In this document: one piece after another, positions 28,576 through 34,122 of the stretch | Numbering within the stretch: position 1 is the stretch's first letter | Layout: every line of letters starts with the position of its first letter | NCBI GenBank assembly: GCA_913040915.1 | Contig: CAJWHW010000024.1 | Span: 1 to 34,122 of the forward strand | DNA: 34,122 bases | Direction: 5' to 3' | DNA from: an uncultured Fidelibacterota bacterium | Lineage (GTDB): Bacteria > Fidelibacterota > Marinisomatia > Marinisomatales > UBA1611 | Program-made: the position numbers and the translations under genes | Notes under the pieces: generated by a model | Told to the model about the DNA's origin: nothing | The model's database searches: none | Seen by the model: only the letters and a program-made list of their open reading frames with translations

Positions 28576-30017
28576 TATACACCTCCAAAAACCTGAATGT
28601 TTTCAAATAAGCATGTTGGAGAAGCATGCCCCACACGAATCACCTGATTCGGCTCACCTTTCCCGCAATTTGGCGTGCCATAAATACCAAATGTTTCTTC
28701 GCTTCCAACACCTTTGAGACTATTCCAAAATGGTGTCGAAATTCCACGATAATTTGAATTTTTAACAACCTTAGTCAATTCCCCATTTTTGATTAGTCGC
28801 CCATATTCACATCCAAATTGAAATTTATTGCGATAATCATCAATGGACCATGATTTATTTGATTCCATATAAACGCCTGATTCAACCTGACCAATCAAAT
28901 CTTCAAAAGTTGAATCACCCGGTTCCAGATTTATATTTGCCATTCGGTCAATCGGTGCACGATTCCATCCACTAGATCGAAAATTTGCAACACCGTCGAG
29001 TCCTGAACGGATTTGACTTTCTTTTCCTCCCAAACCACGAAGGAGTAAACCTTCTTTAATAAGGTACTCTTTAGTTGCTTTGAGTCCACCATCATCATAT
29101 GCATAGGAAGCAAATTCAGATTCTAGCGTTGGGTCAAATGTAATATTCATGAGTTTTGATCCATATTGAAGCGAACCAAAATCTTCTAATTTCACAAAAC
29201 TCCAACCTGCATAATTTCTTTCATCTCCTAGTATTCTATCTACTTCCAGTGCATGGCCAATACTTTCATGAATCTGCAGCATCATCTGATCAGGAGCAAT
29301 TACAAGGTCCATTTCACCAGTGGGGCAATCTTCCGCTTTTAATAATTCAATTGCCTGTTCTCCAATTCGATTTGCATTAGCGAATATTTCAAATTTATCA
29401 AAATATTCCATACCCATTTGACGACACGTACCGCGCATACCACCAAAAGTTCTTGTTTGCTGGTTTGTACCATCAGCTGCGGTGGCACTCAAATCGAATT
29501 CCAGCATCAAAAAATCTTGATGAATGTCACTACCGTTTGAGCTAAGAAATTTGAAAGATGTTTCGATGACCTGACATAATGATGAAGCACTCACAATTTT
29601 ATCAGAAACTTTTAAATGATTGTACGCTTCTAGCAGAATCTCATTCAGCTTTCCTGCAGATAAACTTTCTCGATTTTTTGTAAAAGGCGATGAATAGGTT
29701 CCTTTATGTGATGGCCGCGCAGATTCATCAAATTGATAGGTAGCATGCTGAGAAGCAATTTTTGCCTGTTGGAATGCTTTTTTGGCGGCATTTGCTATAC
29801 CTTCAGGTGTCATGTTAGGTGTACCAAAATACCCAAATTGACCATCAACCAATACTTCCACCATTATACCGTGGGTTGCAGATCGACCATTTGCCACAGG
29901 CACACCATCCCTAATCATTCTAGGCGTGTGGGCTTCATACACTTCACGAAGGCCAACCCATTGAGCAGGAACATCCACTGCACTCATTAGGTGGTTTAAA
30001 TTAATATCTAACTTCAT
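28575..30017 (-). CDS. tldD: TldD-family zinc metalloprotease
   Basis: HESIGH zinc motif, DRILGDERNYAG, PIDRMANINL, CGKGEPNQ. Confidence 0.92.
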   Translation of the reverse strand: MKLDINLNHLMSAVDVPAQWVGLREVYEAHTPRMIRDGVPVANGRSATHGIMVEVLVDGQFGYFGTPNMTPEGIANAAKKAFQQAKIASQHATYQFDESARPSHKGTYSSPFTKNRESLSAGKLNEILLEAYNHLKVSDKIVSASSLCQVIETSFKFLSSNGSDIHQDFLMLEFDLSATAADGTNQQTRTFGGMRGTCRQMGMEYFDKFEIFANANRIGEQAIELLKAEDCPTGEMDLVIAPDQMMLQIHESIGHALEVDRILGDERNYAGWSFVKLEDFGSLQYGSKLMNITFDPTLESEFASYAYDDGGLKATKEYLIKEGLLLRGLGGKESQIRSGLDGVANFRSSGWNRAPIDRMANINLEPGDSTFEDLIGQVESGVYMESNKSWSIDDYRNKFQFGCEYGRLIKNGELTKVVKNSNYRGISTPFWNSLKGVGSEETFGIYGTPNCGKGEPNQVIRVGHASPTCLFENIQVFGGV

Positions 30018-30305
30018 TGTTAATCCTGTTTAATTGAAAATTCTTTAGTTCATTTTTTTATTATTTCCAAATCAAATACCATAATGTTTTTATTGGTAGA
30101 TCATTTGTTCTAAAAAAGGGAAATTAACTCTGAACTAATCAAAAATGATTTATAATTCGGAAGAATATAATTTTAAACATTGATTTAAATATTTAGTGAT
30201 TTTCTTATTCTAAAATTAATCCCTGATAAGATAAATATATAATTAAAAGGTTTATTTTTAATATAACATAAATTGACTACACTAAATTTTTATGGCAATT
30301 AAATA

Positions 30306-30409
30306 TGTCATATTGGCAGTATATAATTTTATAATGAGCAAGTATTAAGACATATTTACAGTATATCTGTTGTTTTGGAAGTGCATTTACAATTGGCATT
30401 AGAATTGTA
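30306..30409 (+). promoter_or_regulatory. Putative hsp20 regulatory region: imperfect palindrome plus sigma54-like -24/-12 element
   Basis: TGTCA-tat-TGGCA at 30306-30318 and TTGGCA-ttagaa-TTGTA at 30393-30409 (GG-N10-GT rather than GC). Confidence 0.5.
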
Positions 30410-30451
30410 TAAAAAATATTGAATTTTAAATAAACAAATAAGGAGTCAAAA

Positions 30452-30889
30452 ATGACATTAATTAAATGGACACCTAGACCAGCTTCAATCTTTGATGGTA
30501 TGGATAAAATGATTAGTAATGTATTTGATAATGACTGGAATTTCCCAGTCACATCAAACATGAATTGGTCACCATCTATTGATGTAAAAGAATCAAATGA
30601 TTCATTTACTTTAACTGCCGATATACCGGGCCTAACAAAAAAGGATGTAAAAGTGAAAATCACAGATAATATCCTGACAATTTCCGGTAATCGAGCAGTT
30701 GACAATAAAAAATCAGTGAGCTATCATTACAGAGAAAGACATTTTGGGACGTTTAAACGATCGTTTAATTTACCAGAAACGGTAAAAGAAGAAGATATTA
30801 CAGCAAATTTTAAAAATGGAATTTTGACTATCGAATTTCCAAAAAATGAAGTGGCTCTTCCAAAAGAAAGAGAAATCAAAATTAGCTAA
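30452..30889 (+). CDS. Small heat shock protein, Hsp20/alpha-crystallin family
   Basis: PSIDVKE, ADIPGL.K.DV, LTISG.R, RERHFGTFKRSFNLP, A.FKNGILTI..PK. SD AAGGAG. Confidence 0.97.
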   Translation: MTLIKWTPRPASIFDGMDKMISNVFDNDWNFPVTSNMNWSPSIDVKESNDSFTLTADIPGLTKKDVKVKITDNILTISGNRAVDNKKSVSYHYRERHFGTFKRSFNLPETVKEEDITANFKNGILTIEFPKNEVALPKEREIKIS

Positions 30890-30898
30890 TAACTGATT

Positions 30899-30942
30899 AA
30901 TTTATAAAATAGGTCAGCATAAGTTGGCCTATTTTATAAATT
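30899..30942. terminator. Bidirectional hairpin terminator between convergent genes
   Basis: AATTTATAAAATAGGTCAGC-ataa-GTTGGCCTATTTTATAAATT long inverted repeat between the hsp20 and flavin reductase stops. Confidence 0.8.
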
Positions 30943-30944
30943 AT

Positions 30945-31430
30945 CTAAAATAGTTTTTTAAATCCGATTAATATACTAACAACGGAATCATGATTAAATT
31001 GTGCATTTTTATGAATGGAAATATTTCGATGATATACGGTACAGCCCATATATTCTAACTGGTGTCGAAAAGCAGAAAGAAAGGCATAGGCTGAGCTTCC
31101 ACTGTGAGTGGCAATCAAAGCTTTTTTATCTAAGAAAGCTTGTCGCCATTGCTTAGTAGAAACTGTTATCCATGTAATGGTATTTGTAAGGATAGGTGGA
31201 ATTCCAGCATTATACTCCGGTGCACAAAAAATAAATCCATCAGCAGATTCAAATTTTTGCACTAACTCATCTAATAACTTTTTATCGGCCACTTCTCCAT
31301 CAGGAATAAACAAAGGCAGTGTATAATCTTCTAAGGATATCAGCTCATGGTCAACATTCAGCATTATGCTTATTTTTTGCCCAAGGCTATAATTATTCCC
31401 TTTAGAAGATGACACAATTAAAATTTTCAT
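30945..31430 (-). CDS. NAD(P)H-dependent FMN reductase (flavodoxin-like, SsuE/ChrR family)
   Basis: ADGFIFCAPEYNAGIPPILTN.I.W motif and AF.DK.ALIA.HSG. Confidence 0.9.
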   Translation of the reverse strand: MKILIVSSSKGNNYSLGQKISIMLNVDHELISLEDYTLPLFIPDGEVADKKLLDELVQKFESADGFIFCAPEYNAGIPPILTNTITWITVSTKQWRQAFLDKKALIATHSGSSAYAFLSAFRHQLEYMGCTVYHRNISIHKNAQFNHDSVVSILIGFKKLF

Positions 31431-32158
31431 TAAACCACTACTCCTCCATCGACATTTAAAACAGCTCCAGAAATATAACTGGCTTCATCACTAGCTAAAA
31501 ATGTGTAAGCATTCGCCACATCTTCCGGTTTTCCCCATCGTTTGAGAGGTACCTTTTCTTCCATCATATTAATTATTTTTTCCGGTATTCCCACTATCAT
31601 ATCTGTTTGTATAAAACCAGGTGCTATAGCATTTACCCGAATTCCATCTTTTCCCAACTCCCTGGCCCAGACTTTTGTCATGCCTACAACACCAGTTTTG
31701 CTGGCAATATAGTTTGTTTGACCAAAATTACCATTATGTGCTACAACGGAAGATGCATTAAGAATTACACCACTACCCTGATCTTTCATCATCTCGGCAG
31801 CTGCTTTTCCACAAAAATATACCCCGCGGAGGTTAACATTAATTACAGTATCAAATTGTTCAGTATTCATTTTTCTCAGTGTATTGTCCAGAAGTACACC
31901 TGCATTATTTACCAAAATATCCAATCTTCTGAATTCTTTTTTTATATATTCAAATAAATAAGAGACGCTCTTTTCATTACTAATGTCAGTTTTTACAAAA
32001 TGTCCATTAACTGCTTTAGCTGTCTCTTCTCCTGTTTTTTTATCAAATTCTGCAATGATAACCGTTGCACCTTCTTCAGAAAATTGGTGAGCAGTGGCTT
32101 TCCCAATACCACGTCCACCTCCAGTAATAATTGCAATTTTATTTTCTAGAAGTTTCAA
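31430..32158 (-). CDS. FabG-like short-chain dehydrogenase (3-oxoacyl-ACP/acetoacetyl-CoA reductase family)
   Basis: TGGGRGIG, LVNNAG, NFGQTNYIASK (YxxxK), VNAIAPGFIQTDM. Confidence 0.9.
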   Translation of the reverse strand: MKLLENKIAIITGGGRGIGKATAHQFSEEGATVIIAEFDKKTGEETAKAVNGHFVKTDISNEKSVSYLFEYIKKEFRRLDILVNNAGVLLDNTLRKMNTEQFDTVINVNLRGVYFCGKAAAEMMKDQGSGVILNASSVVAHNGNFGQTNYIASKTGVVGMTKVWARELGKDGIRVNAIAPGFIQTDMIVGIPEKIINMMEEKVPLKRWGKPEDVANAYTFLASDEASYISGAVLNVDGGVVV

Positions 32159-32162
32159 TTTA

Positions 32163-33650
32163 TTAAAAATCTCCTTCGTTATAGACTATATTTAATTTTT
32201 TACATTCTTCAATCAAGTTGCCCCTCAACTTTCTGGGTCCGCTAAAAAATAATTTTGAATCTACATTTTCACCTACGGAGCAAATATTTTTCAATTCATC
32301 TTTCCAATTTGGAATTCCAAAACTCGAATTTACCCAAAGATTATCAACTAACTTTACATCTGTTTCCTTTTTCAATATATCAGTGGAAATATAGATCATT
32401 CTTTCTTTCATTTCTTCGGGGTTTTTATCTACAAAAAAAATGTGATACCGAAAAAAAGAATCATCATTTTTAAAATTTATCTCATCCAATAATTTCGTAA
32501 ACCATTCAAAATAATGCTCATCATTATTAAGCCAGTAAAGATCTATTCGTTTCAAGGATAATTGATCTTTATCTTCTTTTGATTTTAAAGCAATGTCTTG
32601 TAGTATTGGAGCTATTCTGGAGATGCCATGACCCGCACCTACCAAAATTGCATGCTCCGTATTCATAATATTATTACTTGACGAGCCGTAAGGGCCATCA
32701 ATTCTTATGGACCAATTTATATCTTCTCTATTTTGAAGACCTTCTAGTATTTCACGATACAATTTCCTTGTCCATTTATTATTTGATTTTATATGAAGAG
32801 TAAGATCTCCTGAATTTGTATAATGAATAATATTGAAAGGATACCATTCCATTCTGGAAATCTCCTGACAATTAACATATAAATAATCTCCGGGGTTAAA
32901 AATAAACCCATCCGGTCTAGAAATTGTAAGTTCTAAAATTTTTGATGGTAGAAGATGAATTGCCTTCAAATCAACAAACTCTCTATTCTTTTTTCTATTG
33001 ATAAGGACATTATAAAGAAAAATCAGCCTTGGAATTAATAGCCATTGTAAAATACCGATATCTTGTACTTGAATTTGATTCTGAATTAAGGGTTTACTAT
33101 CATCACGTATATCTTGTTTGGCTTTATCATAACGGTCAGATACGAGCCAACTTACGGGATTAACTGCAAAACCATTCAAAAAATCAGGAAAAGCATCGGC
33201 AACATCTAAGAATTCATTGAAATCAATGGTTCCACTTTTATCCTTGTCAGCTCGTTTAAAAAACTCATCCACTAACAGGTCAAGTTGAAATTCATCATAA
33301 TCAAGATTATTTTCTAAAAAACTTTGTTCTATTAGTATTTTTAGCTCAGGACGATCTATAAAACCACTGTCATCCAAATCATGAAGATTAAATGCAAATT
33401 TTATCTTATCCTGATTTGTTCCACTGATGATCGTCTCAATAGTTGCCATGAATTCTTCAAAGTCTATCGAACCATTATTATCCCTGTCAAAAATATCGAA
33501 TAAACGATTAGAAATACCTTCATTGGAAATTTCTAATCCTTTGCGAAATTCGTTTCTGTCAATAAGTTGGTCATCACCCGCAATTTCTTGAAATTTATTG
33601 CGGAGATCTACAAGAAACGGACCCACTAACTTTTTAGATGTATTTATCAA
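32163..33650 (-). CDS. NOX5-like protein: four EF-hands plus FAD/NAD(P)H-binding dehydrogenase domain, lacking the ferric-reductase transmembrane domain
   Basis: EF loops IAGDDQLIDRNEF, DRDNNGSIDFEE, DLDDSGFIDRPE and DKDKSGTIDFNE. Then LLPSK, PGDYLY, EWYPF, IDGPYG, EHAILVGAGHG, FEWF, G.PNW, FFSGP and a terminal F. Confidence 0.88.
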   Translation of the reverse strand: MINTSKKLVGPFLVDLRNKFQEIAGDDQLIDRNEFRKGLEISNEGISNRLFDIFDRDNNGSIDFEEFMATIETIISGTNQDKIKFAFNLHDLDDSGFIDRPELKILIEQSFLENNLDYDEFQLDLLVDEFFKRADKDKSGTIDFNEFLDVADAFPDFLNGFAVNPVSWLVSDRYDKAKQDIRDDSKPLIQNQIQVQDIGILQWLLIPRLIFLYNVLINRKKNREFVDLKAIHLLPSKILELTISRPDGFIFNPGDYLYVNCQEISRMEWYPFNIIHYTNSGDLTLHIKSNNKWTRKLYREILEGLQNREDINWSIRIDGPYGSSSNNIMNTEHAILVGAGHGISRIAPILQDIALKSKEDKDQLSLKRIDLYWLNNDEHYFEWFTKLLDEINFKNDDSFFRYHIFFVDKNPEEMKERMIYISTDILKKETDVKLVDNLWVNSSFGIPNWKDELKNICSVGENVDSKLFFSGPRKLRGNLIEECKKLNIVYNEGDF

Positions 33651-33742
33651 AGATGTTTTACGTGTACAGATTGAATTGAGTCCTGTAATTTATTGAAGAC
33701 GTTTTACTTAAAAAGAGAACTTTTTATGAGGAACTAAAAAAA

Positions 33743-34122
33743 ATGATATTTAATTCAATATTAGACACTATTGGCACCACACCAGTTATTCGCCTGAATA
33801 AAATCGGGAGCGAACTGGACTGCGATCTATTTGTTAAATGTGAATATTTCAATCCTGGTGGGTCGGTGAAAGATCGGATTGGATGGAGAATGGTTGAAGA
33901 TGCAGAAAAAAGTGGTCGGATTAAGCCTGGTGATACACTCATTGAGCCAACTTCCGGTAATACTGGACAAGGAATGGCTTTAGCATCAGCTGTAAAGGGA
34001 TATCGTTGTATCATCACCATGCCTGAAAAAATGAGCAAGGAAAAACAGATTTCTTTGGAAGCATTAGGTGCAGAAATTATAAGGACCCCAACAGAAGCGG
34101 CCTGGGATGACCCGAAGAGTCA
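33743..34122 (+). CDS. Cystathionine beta-synthase / PLP-dependent cysteine synthase family, 5' part running off the window (missing from the ORF track)
   Basis: Manual translation gives [18 protein letters not shown]...[16 protein letters not shown]...[10 protein letters not shown]...[16 protein letters not shown]...[22 protein letters not shown] lies upstream. Confidence 0.92.
   Translation, partial: MIFNSILDTIGTTPVIRLNKIGSELDCDLFVKCEYFNPGGSVKDRIGWRMVEDAEKSGRIKPGDTLIEPTSGNTGQGMALASAVKGYRCIITMPEKMSKEKQISLEALGAEIIRTPTEAAWDDPKS

Noticed and set aside
27253..30250. RiPP cluster built around TldD/TldE
   Set aside because: No YcaO, radical SAM or transporter genes. Upstream mini-ORFs (10-12 codons) lack an SD and precursor-like composition.
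30261..30288. dif-like site (minus strand contains TTATGTTATAT, close to a XerD arm)
   Set aside because: There is no convincing XerC arm at 6-bp spacing, and such a match is expected by chance in AT-rich DNA.
30290..30451. CIRCE or HAIR operator at hsp20
   Set aside because: Neither TTAGCACTC-N9-GAGTGCTAA nor CTTGAGT-N7-ACTCAAG is present.
30277..30705. 142-aa minus-strand ORF
   Set aside because: It is antisense to hsp20 and its promoter region.
33724..34038. 104-aa minus-strand ORF in the track
   Set aside because: It is the antisense shadow of the clearly recognisable CBS-family gene on the + strand.

Overview
AT-rich bacterial chromosomal segment, mostly core genes. A Gram-negative FCB-superphylum organism such as Marinimicrobia/Marinisomatota is a plausible source, but this is inference only. 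Left to right: the 3' part of tRNA-Leu(CAA); an unannotated ~85-nt two-hairpin transcript with its own promoter and terminator; a long minus-strand gene string (large Alu-type SRP RNA, dnaX, ybaB, recR, pgsA, pgpA, cinA, thpR, recA, recX, and a heavily degenerated PurL paralogue); several hypothetical genes including a FecR-domain/outer-membrane-barrel fusion; an FAD/Fe-S D-lactate dehydrogenase-type oxidoreductase; a thioesterase; a decayed GNAT gene; msrA; serC; an ECF sigma/anti-sigma/Spy-like/lipoprotein operon; a fused UvrD helicase-Fe-S nuclease; tldD, a tldE-like gene, rmuC and a lipoprotein; hsp20; and a divergent redox locus at the right end. The most unusual element is in that locus: a 495-aa protein co-linear with animal-type NADPH oxidase NOX5 (four EF-hands plus the FAD/NADPH dehydrogenase domain) that lacks almost the whole haem-binding transmembrane domain. 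It lies upstream of an SDR and a flavin reductase and is divergent from a cystathionine beta-synthase. Other notable points are a probable non-canonical ATT start for pgsA, a DnaX without its Cys4 zinc module, and the PurL pseudoenzyme. No CRISPR array, integrase or transposase was seen. All family assignments come from motif recognition by eye, not database searches.
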